Below, piece after piece: positions 42,942-55,485 of a DNA stretch of 64,000 bases. The notes under the pieces are model-generated. The model searched no databases and was not told the DNA's origin. It worked only from the letters and a program-made list of their open reading frames with translations. Each line of letters begins with the position of its first letter. Positions within the stretch are counted from its first letter, which is position 1. The position numbers were made by a program, and so were the translations under genes. Source of the DNA: Felis catus (Eukaryota); assembly GCF_018350175.1 (NCBI RefSeq), contig NC_058368.1, forward strand, positions 43,030,001 to 43,094,000. Direction: 5' to 3'.

Positions 42942-43140
42942 TTTATAAAAAAAATTATCTAAATTCAAGTTAGTTAATATACAGTGTAATATTTGTTTCA
43001 GGTGCACAATATAGTGACTCAACACCTCCATACAATACCCGGGGCTCATCACAACAAACGCCCTCCTTAATCCCCATCACCCATTTAACCTATCCTCCCA
43101 CCTACCTCCTCCTTGGTAACCATTAGTTTGTTCTCTATAG
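42942..43140 (-). mobile_element. Short 5'-truncated carnivore L1 (3' end only)
   Basis: Closely similar to 50975-51155. TSD TTCAC(T/C)TTTTCT at 42930-42941 and 43141-43152. Confidence 0.9.
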
Positions 43141-43917
43141 TTCACCTTTTCTGTACTACTTGGAAAAGACCTTCAGTTTTCTTCCTTTTCTTCTTTTTTC
43201 ATACTGGCAGCTACTCTGGAATCTCATGTAAATTATTGTGCTGAATGTCAAAGCTTTGAAGATCATTCACACAATTTTCTGTTTATTTAAGAGCCTTGTC
43301 ATTTATTGGATCAGGAAAAATGGTCTTATTTTTATTTACTTATATCTTATTCCTTATTTTTATGATAGTATGCATTTAAAAATATGAAGAAAGTTTCTCT
43401 GGAATTTCAAGATTTAAATCTATCTTCCTAAATCCAAAAGTGGTTTAATATGCCAAATTTAGCAAAGTATACACATTGATTTATATCCATTTTTATTGAG
43501 CTTAGGTTGAAAATATTTCTGCCATTAAAATGCCTATCAATATTAGTGCCAAAAGCCTAAAATTACTATAAGAAGAGTATTTCGGAAGTTGGGACTCCTG
43601 AAACCTTTAAATCACTTTTAGTATTAACTTAAAGTTAGTCCTTTGGGATACAATTATTTTGTGTGTTTGTGTCACTCTTCTAAAACCAGCTACTTTTATC
43701 TATAGCTCTCCAAAATTATCTTTGCATTAGGAGCTAAGAAAAAATAATATGAATAACACGTTTACCAGTTAAATGAAAATAAAATTATAACAAGTGACAT
43801 CATCAGTATGTATTAATACTATTCAAAAAATGGATTTGTATTTATTATTTTTGTAACTAACTGCTTATGACTTATATGTGCTAAAATAATGAAGGATAGC
43901 ATGAAGATATGTAATGA

Positions 43918-44268
43918 TGCTATTGACTGAATGTTTATATCCCCTCAAAATTCATAAGTTGAAACCTAATCCCCATTGCGAAGGTATTTGGAAGTGATGC
44001 TCTTAGGAGGCAGAGCCCTCATGAAGGAATTGTTGTCCATATAAAACAGACCCCAGAGAGCTCCCTGGCCCTTTATGCCATGTGGGGAGGGGACATGGAG
44101 AGAACACCACCTTCTGTGAACCAGGAAGTAGGCTCTCATCAGACACCAAATCTGCTGGTAACTTGACGTTGGACTTCTCATCTTCTGGGACTGTGAGAAA
44201 TAAATTTTTGTTGTTTATAAGCCACCCAGTCTATGGTATTTTGTTATGGTAGACCAAATGGACTAAAA
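43918..44268 (+). mobile_element. MaLR LTR (MLT1A-like)
   Basis: TGCTATTGACTGAATGTTT...CAAAATTCAT start and AAGCCACCCAGTCTATGGTATTTTGTTAT end. Confidence 0.9.
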
Positions 44269-45467
44269 AATTGACAATTTCATATTGTAGGGGCAAAACT
44301 AACATTTAAAAAACTCAGTATGTTCAGGAAAGTAGAATTAGGCATTTCTAGTTTGTAGTAATGATGTTGAGTCAATATTTCTGTTTTATTCACAAATATA
44401 TCAGTGTTAACTAATTGGGGGACTTTTTTCATTTTGGGTTCAATGAAATTCAGTCACATCACACTTTCTTGTAAGTCTTTTTGGCTTCATTATTAACTTC
44501 TCCTTTCTGCCTGAAAAGCCCATCATTCCTAAAGTAATAATTCTTCCTGAGAAGAAGACTGTCTCTTAAAAATAGAACAACTTTATGGGATATATAGGAA
44601 TGAAAAGTTAGGACAATATGTAGGTTCATGGAAGAGAGGGTTTATCAATAGAGCCTGAATCAAACTACTTGAGAATAATGTAAAATTGTGCAAGGGTTAT
44701 TTTCCCCTTCAATACGAAACTGTTTGTGGCTCAAAAGAATTAAATATGATGTTAGGGGAAGAGCTAAATAGAGCCCAGAAAAGGACAGAGATTAGAGCAA
44801 AATGAGAAAGGCAAAGACTCCAATGTTTTCAATGCAAATCTGATAAGTGGGCAGTATTTAATATAAAGGAACCTCCTATTTAAGTAAAAGTCAGCCAAAC
44901 ACTGTCAGTGTTATTTTAAAGGGAAAGATTTATAGAAGAACCTTGTTGGGGGGAAAGGGGTTGTGAAACTGTGTAGAAGGAAAATAACATATGCAAAATG
45001 GTAGACATAAAAGCTGAAATTGAGAATTCAGGAACATCATGAACGTGGAAACAGGTGTTAAGGGTAAATGTCAGTCCTCCAAAAATTCCCATACTCATTT
45101 GGAAGGACAGTAAATTTCCTTTGAATGCATTGGATGAGGTTGTAATAATTGTACTTAAATCTTAAAAGACAAGGTGATCTCAATCATATTGAAGGAGTTA
45201 TGGCTGATATTTGAATTTTGTCATAAAATAATACTTTATACCAAATCCAGTCTTACAGAAAACCATCATATCTGTTTCTTGCATATATGATTTTCTGCTT
45301 AGAATGTTAAAAGATGTTATTTTTTATAAAATATTAGTATATGCTAGTTTACTGTTTTGATAATATGAGAATATAATTTGGCTTTTGTTAATTGATGTAC
45401 TTGCTTAACTTCTTATTTATTAAAAATAGACAATAAGAACATACTTTATATTAAATTATTAAACTGG

Positions 45468-46214
45468 TCATTCAACAAATATTAAGGACTGATCACAAAA
45501 TATTGAGGAAAATAGGCATGATCTCAGGTCTCAGAGAGATCACATTCTGCTTGGAGAGACAATAGTCAAATAAGAAAATTAAATTAAAGATGCAACCATG
45601 CCAAGCGTTACGACGAAAATACATATGTATCATGAGAGCATTAGATTCAGATCAGGGAAATTTTCCTTAAATAAATTTTGCCTTAGCTGAAATCTTACTG
45701 TTGCATAGGAGATAACTGATGAAGAAGAAAGGGGAACACTACCAGAGGAGGAAAGTAGAAGCAGAAAATTGGTGCTGCAGAAGGAAGAAGTTAGAACTTT
45801 CCAGAACTATAAGAAGTTCTGTATTGCTAGAGCACATTGTGAAAGTTGGCATAAGGTATGATATAAGTCTGTAGTTATATGGAGGGTACCATTTCATGCT
45901 GGGATATCCAGTCCTCTTTTAATAGTTTTGGCTTTATTTTATTATAAACCATTAGAGAATTTAAGTGTACCTAAAAGAAGCCAAAGTTGATATGATTAGA
46001 ATTTTATATTAAAGAAAATCCCTATTTTTGGTTTTAGAATATAGATTGAGGGGCACCTGGGAGGCTCAGTCAGTTAAGCGTCTGACTTCAGCTCAGGTCA
46101 TGATCTCACAGTGTGTGGGTTCGAGCCCCGCGTTGGGCTCTGTGCTGACAGCTCGGAGCCTGGAGCCTGCTTCGGATTCTGTCTGCCCCTCTCTCTGTCC
46201 CTCCCCCACTCATG

Positions 46215-46269
<55 letters not shown>

Positions 46270-46705
46270 TCAAAAATAAACATTAAAAAAATTAAAAATA
46301 ATAATATAGATTGAAAGTGTGAAGAAGTAAAATAATCTAGGAGTCTATTATGGAAATCCATATGAGTGATAATAGTAACTTGGGTTATTATGATTACTAC
46401 GCAGATGGCTAGAGTGAATAGATTTGAGGTAAATAGTTAAACTTCAGATCATAAATGTACATTGGATATTTGGAGGAATGGACAAAAGAATGGAAATAGT
46501 TAAGAATGACATTGTGTTTCTTGCAGTACTCAACAGGGGGTAGAGTCATTCAATAATACAGGCATCTCTGAAGAAGGGAAGATATAGGAAGAAAAGATCA
46601 TGAATTTATTTAGAATGGGTTGAACAACTGGTGGCTTTGAGCTATTTAAGAGGAGATATTAATGGGAGTTGGACATAATAATATGAAATAAAAGAAAAAG
46701 TCTAG
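45468..46705 (-). mobile_element. L2 remnant (interrupted by a SINE)
   Basis: Begins TCATTCAACAAATATT and continues as an L2-like body. Confidence 0.65.
46050..46302 (+). mobile_element. Feline SINE
   Basis: TSD AATATAGATTGA at 46038-46049 and 46303-46314; long (CT)n. Confidence 0.96.
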
Positions 46706-46711
46706 GCTAGC

Positions 46712-47490
46712 TGCCATGACTTCTGACACCAATACTAAGATTTAAGCCATACCTCTCAGGTTAAGGGCACAGTCCTCCACAAGACTACATTCCCTTCAGA
46801 CACCAGCTGTAAGTTCAGGGGTCCCCAGACCACTCTCACTTCTGACCAGCTAATTTCTAATTTGAGAGATCCCATTATCCTCTCACATTCAAGAATTCAT
46901 TAAAACAGCTTACATAACTCAAGAAAATGCTAACTTATGACTATGGTTTTATTATAACAAATTGATTAAGGTTAGAACCAGCCAACGGGAGAGATGCACA
47001 GTGCAAGATCTGGAAAGTTTCCAAACGTGAAGCTTCTCTTGTCCCCTCCTCATGGTGTCAGGACAGGTTAACCTCCTGGCACACTGATGTGTGACAGTAC
47101 ACAGAGTACTGCCAACCAGGTTTTACCTAACCTTCTGTATCCAGAGTTTTTATTGATGTTTGATTATGTAGGCATGATTGATCAGATCATTGATCACATG
47201 ACTCAAACTCAAAATTGGCCTTCCTCCCTTCCTCAGAGGTCAGATTGATATCACTTGGCTCAAGATTCCAACCCTCTAGTCCCATGGTTGGACTTTCTGG
47301 CAAGTCCAGCCCCATCATAAATCATGTCATTAGCATAAACCCACCCAAAGGCACCTTGTTAGCTTATACCTCTAGTTGTGGTATAAGGAGGCCAGATGAA
47401 TGACAAAGACACTTCTATCACTCAAGAAATTCCAAGGATATGCACATTATCAAGGAACCAGGGACAAAGGTCAGACATTTTATTTACACA
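46712..47490. mobile_element. MER21-like LTR
   Basis: ACTTCTGACACCAA...CAGGTTAAGGGCACAGTCCTCCACAAGACT...GGAACCAGGGACAAAGG motifs typical of MER21. Confidence 0.8.
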
Positions 47491-47549
47491 TTAACAGAAC
47501 TGTGAGGAATCTACATCTAGGCAGTTGTCACACGTGGAGGTAAAGATAC

Positions 47550-48306
47550 CTTATCCAAGTATTTGCTGTTGAATTTGGGAATGGTTTTAGGACTACATTG
47601 AGGTTTTAGAATCTCCAACACTGAATGCTAACTCACCTTGGTGCCTTCCCTAAGGGAAGGGAGTATCAGGCTGGTGAGGGCTTCCCTGGCCAGGTACTCA
47701 GAATGGAATTCCTCCTGCTTGTAAGGGATGGAGAACACTTTCAGGTTGGGCTATTTGTCCTGTTTTTTTCCCAGGCTTCCTCCTGCATATCCTATGTCTC
47801 CTGATGAGAGGTTGGAAGGAAGAATCAGAGATTAATGAGGCTTCCCAGACTAGAGTGCTTGTTGTTATCTCTCTTGGCAGTGCTATCTCTCTTGGTATTA
47901 TCCCACCAAGAGGGGATTTTCAGGCTTTGTGGAGAAGGAGGTGGCCTTCCCTGGTCACTTACTATTAAAAGATCTCTTGATGATCTACAGGCTCACCTGG
48001 AGTCTTTGGCAGGGCTACCATTTGCTCTGTGGAAGAATGGACCTACTCAGGATGTCTTCTGCTGCTAGGTTGAGAGTAGGGGAAATGCTGGGTCAAGGTT
48101 TCTTTCTGGTGAATGGAGGCCATAATACCACTAGCCACTGTGTTCTTCTTCCAATCTGGGGATCCCAAACTACTTAGCCTCCTTCTTAGCAGCTTTGAAT
48201 CCTTTCCTTTGCTTACCCCTGGCATTATTCCAAGGCTTTATAATTGAAATTAATGAGGGGAAAACAGAAAATGGGGCTGTTTCATCTTGTCTGGACTGAA
48301 AGTCCC
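47550..48306 (-). mobile_element. Probable old L1 5'UTR fragment
   Basis: The reverse strand starts ACTTTCAGTCCAGACAAGATG, like L1M 5' ends, and the segment is locally GC-richer. Confidence 0.4.
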
Positions 48307-51300
48307 AATGAGTTTAGTTAATAGTTCTTGCTTATACTATGAGTCATCTTAATAAAAATTTTACTCACACTATGCATTTATGGACTATGTGGTAGTTTCT
48401 TAATCTATAAAACTACAATGAAAAAATATAAGCAAGTTTATCTTTGGATATAGATATGAAAATTAATGACAATATCACCATGGTACTTTTAATATTTGAA
48501 ATAGAATTATTTAAATCGTAGTTCAAACCATGTATATACAGAAGTTATTTAAATGCATACATGACCTAAGGAGTCTGAATCTGTTACATAATGTTATTAA
48601 GTTAATTGAGTTAATTAATTAATTAGAGAACAAATTGAGGGCCTAACATTTGCTGCTCTCTATTCTATATCTAGTGGATAACAATGATTAAACAGATAAA
48701 GCCCTTTGCCTCGCTAAGCAAACATTCTTGAGAAAGGAATGTTTTTAATATGTTTTCAAAATAATAAAGTTACTATATTTAAGGTTATTTTAATTTAGAA
48801 GAGCAAACTCATCAAGTTTATACTAAAAAATAATTTATTAAAATTCTGAATTCTTAAGATTCACTGCCTATTTTGCAGTTATGTTTTTATCTTACTTTTA
48901 TTCTTATCTTTAATCTTAAATAAAATAATCTTAAATTTCCAGGTTGGATTACTTTAACAAAGGCATTTCAGGGCAATTTCTAATCTCTAAGCTCAATATC
49001 ATGAGCTAATCAGGTAAGGTATAATTTCTAGCACATTTATGGAAAAACAACCCTGCAGAGTTATTTTTTCAGATATTTTAAATTCTTATGTGTTTCATTT
49101 TCAAATAAAATTACATTTCTCACCGGTGATGCAAGTCAGCCTTATAAATGATATCATTTATAGAGGATGGGTATGCAATTAATATTAGATGAGTAATAAG
49201 GGCAAACTTAATTTCACCTTAAAGAAGTAAAACCTTATTAGCAAAAATTCAAATCTGACACTTTAAAGCCAAAAAAAAAAAAAAAGAAAGAAAGTTCAGA
49301 GAACTTGATTTTGTATTAGCACATCTACTTTTTGCCTCCTGGGTTATACTAGGCTCTAACTACTGCCTTCAACACCATAATTTAACACTAGGAACTCACT
49401 CTTTCCTAATGACACAATCCTTTGAGCAATACACTAATAGATCATGGGCTGATGATGTACATTAATGATGAATCACACTAATATATCATTTTCTCTGTCA
49501 CACAGGTGTTTTATCAGATTAATTTCATCGGTGCAATGACCTGTGATGATGATGCATTGCTGAAGGATGGTGCAATTCAGAAAGAAATGAAATTTGGAAT
49601 TAAACCTGTATTCAACAGCTTTAAGGCTCTATTGAAAATTTTGTAGAAACAATAGATATGAACGGGATATGCATTTAAATATTAGGTATATATTCTAGTA
49701 TTTAATGGACAGAGTAAAGCAGCTTATATTTCTATTTACAAGTTATTTTTTAAAAACACAATAAAATCCTAACATAGCATCTGACTTCTTGACAAGTAGT
49801 TTCTACCTGAGTATGAAAGAATCACACTTATATCAAATGGTTTTCTGTAAAATTAAAATGTTGTGTTTTCTCTTTTTCTATACTTAAGTAAAATTATTAA
49901 AGTCAGCAGTTTGATTTTTAATTGTTTTTCTTACTTGGTCATTTAGCAAAGTATACATTTAGTGCCATACATATTAAGTAAATAAAATATTTTACATAGT
50001 GGATTTAGGTCAATTTAAAGAGATTTTTGAAAGTGTACTATACATATCTAGTCAAAAAGAATATATTAAGATGATATTTTCTCTTGATATATATGAAATA
50101 ACTTTTTAAAACATCATTAAGAGGATTTCAATTAGACTTCTAATGGTGATAATGAAAAAAAGTGCTACCTATATTCTTACTACATTTTCATTTTTAATTA
50201 TAAAGTTGAATAACAATTACTATTCTACTAAACTACTTTTAAATAATTATCACCTATATACTACTGAAAATAGTATTAAGAATATATTTAATCATGTATT
50301 TCAGAATGTTTTTTTTATGAAACAACTGTTTTGCTTTTCTTCAAATCAAAACCCAGTATTTCAGAGTATCATGTAAATATTAACATTTACATTATAATTC
50401 TTACTATCATTTTTAATCATTCATCAATTGCCATAATGTTCCAAACTGATCTATATCTATGCCTGACATGCATGGTTTTTCTGTCACTTTACAATAAATG
50501 CTATGTTTGTCATATTAATATTTAACATAAAATATCTCTGCTTATTTAGACCATTGAGTCAATTTATTGACTTAGGACATATCACAATGTTGATTGAAAC
50601 ATAGAAATGATGTTGTACTTTCCTAGTAGGCATTTGATCTCACCCAGAAGTGATCTAGTTGAATACCAAATCCAACATTCTATAAAATGATGTTGTCTCT
50701 TCTATTTCTTATCCTTAGATCTTTATTTTCAGACAAGTATAACTATCTCATATTTTATAATTCCATCACATTGGTTACCTGGCTTATAGAATAAGAGTTA
50801 TAACAGTAGGAAGGGAAAGTGGAAGACTGCAACTTTCCCACACTTGGTCAAGATAGTAATCTGAAGAAATATTTCATCTTGCAGGGAAAGGAAGAAGTTA
50901 GTACTTCAATCGAAGATTGAAAATATGCAAAGACAATGTGTCTATCATATTCCCATTTAATATTTTAAAAGTTTTTATTTAAATCCCGGTTGGTTAACAT
51001 ATAGTATATTAGTTTCAGGTGTACAATACAGTGATTCAACACTTCCATAAGCACCCGGGACTCATCATAACAAGTGCACGCCTTAATCCCCATCAACTAT
51101 TTAACCCATCTCCCTGCCCACCTCTTTTCTGGTAACCATTAGTTTGTTCTCTGTAATTAAGAGTCTGTTTCTCGGTTTGCCTCGCTCTTTTTCCCCCCTT
51201 TCTTCATTTGCTTTGCTGTTGTTTTTTAATTCCACATAGGAGTGGAATCATATGATATTTGTCCTTCTCTGACTGACTTATTTCACTTAGCATAATACTC

Positions 51301-52437
51301 TCTAGCTTCATCCATGTGGTGGCAAGATTTCATTCTTCTCATGGCTGAGTAATGTCCTATTATATATATACACGACATCGTCTCTATACATTCATCAGTT
51401 GATGAACAGTTGGGCTCTTTCCATAATTTGGCTATTGTTGATAATGCTACTATAAACACTAGGGTGCATGTATCTCTTTGAATTAGTATTTTTGTATACT
51501 TTGGGTAAATATGTAGTAGTAGAATTGCTGGATCGTAGGTTAGTTATATTTTTAACTTTTTGCGGAATCTCAAAATCTTTGGAATACTGTTTTCCAGAGC
51601 GGCTGCACCCATTTGCATTCCCACCAACAGTGCAAGAGGGTTCCCCTTTCTCCACATCCTTGCCAATACCTGTTGTTTCTTGTGTTGTTAATTTTAGCCA
51701 TTCTAACAGGTGTGAGATCATGTCTCACTGAAGTTTCATTTGTATTTCCCTGATGACGAGTGATGTTGAGCTACTTTTCATGTGTCTGTTGTCCATCTGT
51801 ATGTCTTCTTTGGAAAAATGTCTATTCATGTTTCTGCCTATTTTTTAATTGAATTATTCATTTTTGGGGTGTTGAGTTTTACAGGTTCTTTATAGATTTT
51901 GGATACTAAACCTTTATCAGGTATTTCATTTGCAAATGTCTTCTCCCATTTCCTAGGTTGCCTTTTAGTTTTGTTCATTGTTTCCTTCACTGTGCAGAAG
52001 GTTTTTATTTTGATGAGGTCCCAATAATTTATTTTTTCTTTTGTTTCTCTTGCGTCAGGAGACATATCTAGAAAGAAGTTGCTATGCCAATGTCAAACAG
52101 GTTACTGCCTGTGTTTCTCAAGATTTTGTTTCACATTTGGTTCTGTAATCCCTTTTGAACTTACTTTTGTGTATGGTGTAAGAAAGTGATCTTGTTTCAT
52201 TCTTTTGCATGTTGCTGTCCAGTTTTCCCAACACCATTTATTGAAGAGTATCTTTTTCCCATTGGATATTCCTCCCTGCTTTGTCTAAAATTAATTCATC
52301 ATATAATTGTGGGTTTATTTCTGGATTTTCTATTCTGTTCCACTGATCTATGCATCAATTTTACACCACTACTATATTGTTTTGATTACTATAGCTTTGT
52401 AATACAACTTGAGGTCTGGAATTGTGATGCCACCAGA

Positions 52438-52440
52438 TTT

Positions 52441-52508
<68 letters not shown>

Positions 52509-52512
52509 TTTT
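52438..52512. repeat. (TTTC)n microsatellite inside L1 ORF2
   Basis: About 17-18 perfect units. Confidence 0.97.
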
Positions 52513-54477
52513 ACAAATTGATTTGGCTATTTGGGGTCTTTTGTGGTTCTGTACAAATTTTAGCATTGTTAGTTCTATTCTGTGAAAAATGCTGGTGGTA
52601 TTTTGATAGGGATTACATGAAATGTGTACATTGTTTTGAGTAGTACAGACATTTTAACAATATTTTTTTCTTCCAATCCATGAGCATCGAATGTCTTTCC
52701 ATCTTTTTGTGTGTCATCTTCAATTTCTGTCATCAGTTTTTTATAGTTTTCAGAGTATAGGTGTTAGGTTTGTCTTTAAATATCTTATTGTTCTGGTGTG
52801 ATTGTAAATGAGATTGACTTCTTAATTTCTCTTTCTTCTGTTACATTATTGGTGTGTTGAAATGTCACATATTTCTGTATGTTAATTTTTTATCCTCTGA
52901 CTTTACTGAATTTGTGTATCAGTTCTAGCAGTTTTTTTGGTGGAGACTTTCAGGTTTTCTATATATAGTATCATGTCATCTTCAAATAGTGAAAGTTTGA
53001 CTTCTTCCTTGACATTTGGATGTTTTTTATTTATTTGTGTCATCTGATTGCTGTGGCTAGAACCTCCAGTACTATGTTCAATAACAGTGGTGATAGTGGA
53101 CATCCTTGTCTTGTTCCTGACTGTAGAAGAAAAGCTCTCAGTTTTTCCCAATTAAGGATGATATTAGCTGTGGGTTTTTCACATACAGCCCTTATTATGT
53201 TGAAGTATGTTCCTTCTAAACCTATTTTGTTGAGGGTATTTATCAAGAATGGATGTTGTACTTTGTCAAATGTTTTTTTCTTGCATCTATTGAAATGATC
53301 ATATGGTTTTTATCATTTCTTTAATTAACGTAGTGTATAATGTTGATTGACTTGCCAATATTGAACCACACTTGTAACCCAGGAATAAATCCCACTTGAC
53401 CATAATGAATTATTTTTTAATGTATTGTTGGATTAACTTTGCTAGTATTAATTGTGAATTTTTGCATCTGTGTTAATCAGAGGTCAACAAGTAGTTTTCA
53501 TTTTTAGTGTTGTCTTTATCTGCTTTTGATATCAGGGTAATGCAGGCATCACAGAATGAATTTGAGAGTTTTTCTTCATTTTGTAATTTTGAAATAGTTT
53601 GAGAAGAACAGGTATTGACTCTTCTTTAAATGTTTGGTAGAACTCACCTGCGAAGCCATCTGGCCCTGGACTTTTGTTTGTTGGGAGCTTTTTGATTACC
53701 AATTCATTTTTTTTGCTTGTTATCAGTCTGTTCAAGTTTTCTATTTCTTCTTGCTTCAGTTTTGGTAGTTTACATGTTTCTAGGAATATATCCATTTCGT
53801 CTAGGTTGTCCAATTTGTTTGCATATACTTTTTCATATTCTCTTATAATTGTTTTTATTTCTTGTGGTCTTGGCTATTATTTCTCCTCTCCCATTTGTGA
53901 TTATATTTGCTTGGATCTTTTTCTTTTCGATAAATCTAGTTAAAAGTTCATTGATTTTATTTTATTTCCAAAGAACCAGCTCTTGGTTTAATTGATCTTT
54001 TTAATTTTTATTGTTATTTTTATTTATTTATTTTTTTGTTTCTATGTCATTTCTACTCTAGTCTTTATTATTTCCTTCCTTCTTCTGGCTCTGTTTGTTT
54101 TTCTTTTTCTAGCTCGTTTTGGTGTAAGGCCAGGTTGTTTATTTGAGACTTTTCTTGCTTCTTGAAGAGAGGCCTGTATTGCTATATTCCTTCCCTCTTA
54201 GGACCGCTTTTGTTACATCCCAAAATGTTTGAACAATCATTTTTTCATTTTAATTTGTGTCCATGTTTTTAAAATTTTTTCTTTGATTTTTTAGTTGACA
54301 TATTTGGTGTTTAGTACCATGCTGTTAAACTTCCATGTATTTGTGGACTTTCCAAATCTTTTCTTGATGTTGACTTCTAGTTTCATAGCATTGTGGTCAG
54401 TAAAGGTGCATGGTATGAGTTCAATCTTTTTGTATTTGTTTATGCCTCATTTGTGACCTAATTTGTGATATATTCTG

Positions 54478-55224
54478 TGTTGTAGACTCTGGGTCTGGAG
54501 CTCTTTCTTGTCCAGCAAGAGAGTGGGATGCAGGATTAAAATTTGAGAGAGGCTAATGTCCGGGAGGAGAAAAGAGCCCTGAGTAAGGGTCCTTACTCTG
54601 TGTTTATCAGGATTAGAAGGCTTAGAAGCTGATGGGTGTGCACAAAGAGACAATGAAACCATGAACATTAATCATGGTAGTGGGGAAAAGGGGGGGTTGG
54701 AGATATGCGGTGTTAGGGGTTTGGGTCAATACAAAACAAAATTCTGGTGCTGGGTATAAGGTTGTTTATAGCAAACACGAGGCACCACCTCTGTTTATCT
54801 GAACTGGTCTAGGGGATACGAAAGACAGAGCATGCTACCTTATGGTCAACAAGGCACCTTTCTTCTGCTAATTAGCTCTGTTCTGGGCAACTTCATGCTG
54901 CTGCAGTCTAAAGTCCTGTTTTCCTGTTGACTTATTTTGGTCTTCCCTTTCTGTGAAAGCAGCTTTCTGCTATTGTACTAAGTTGGGGGGTATTTCCACC
55001 CTGAATACCTAATCTTGTTTACCTCATCTTGGATGTTTTCATCCTGAGATTCCCTATTCCTATATCTTTGTCCTATACTGGGGGTCTTTGCCCCATTTAC
55101 CTAATCTTATTTACCTAATCTTGCTTACCCAAAATTGGGTGTATACATCCTATGGCTTTCTAATTCTTTATGCTTTGTTAACCTATCAATGCAAGCTCAG
55201 GGAATTCTTAGCTTATTCTCCACA
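54478..55224 (-). mobile_element. Solo retroviral LTR (747 bp) inserted in L1 ORF2
   Basis: TG...CA termini (TGTTG.../...CCACA). TSD ATTCTG at 54472-54477 and 55225-55230. L1 sequence resumes on both sides. Orientation is inferred from a TATA-like CTATAAA on the minus strand (54765-54771). Confidence 0.9.
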
Positions 55225-55441
55225 ATTCTGAATAATGTCCCATGTACAGTTTGAAAGAAAGTGTATTCTGCTGTTTTAGGATGGAATGTTTTGAATATAC
55301 CTTTTAATTCCATCTTGTCCAGTGTGTCATTCAAAGCCATTGTTTCCTTGTTTATTTTCTGTTTGGATGATCTCTCCATTGATGTAAGTGGGTGGTAAAG
55401 TCCCCTATCATTGTATTGTCATTTAGTTCCATTATATTGGT

Positions 55442-55444
<3 letters not shown>

Positions 55445-55484
<40 letters not shown>
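55445..55484. repeat. (AC)n microsatellite
   Basis: About 20 units. Confidence 0.97.

Positions 55485-55485
<1 letters not shown>

Noticed and set aside
51395..55379. Reverse transcriptase/endonuclease-like ORFs
   Set aside because: Fragments of the broken L1 ORF2, not an independent RT system.
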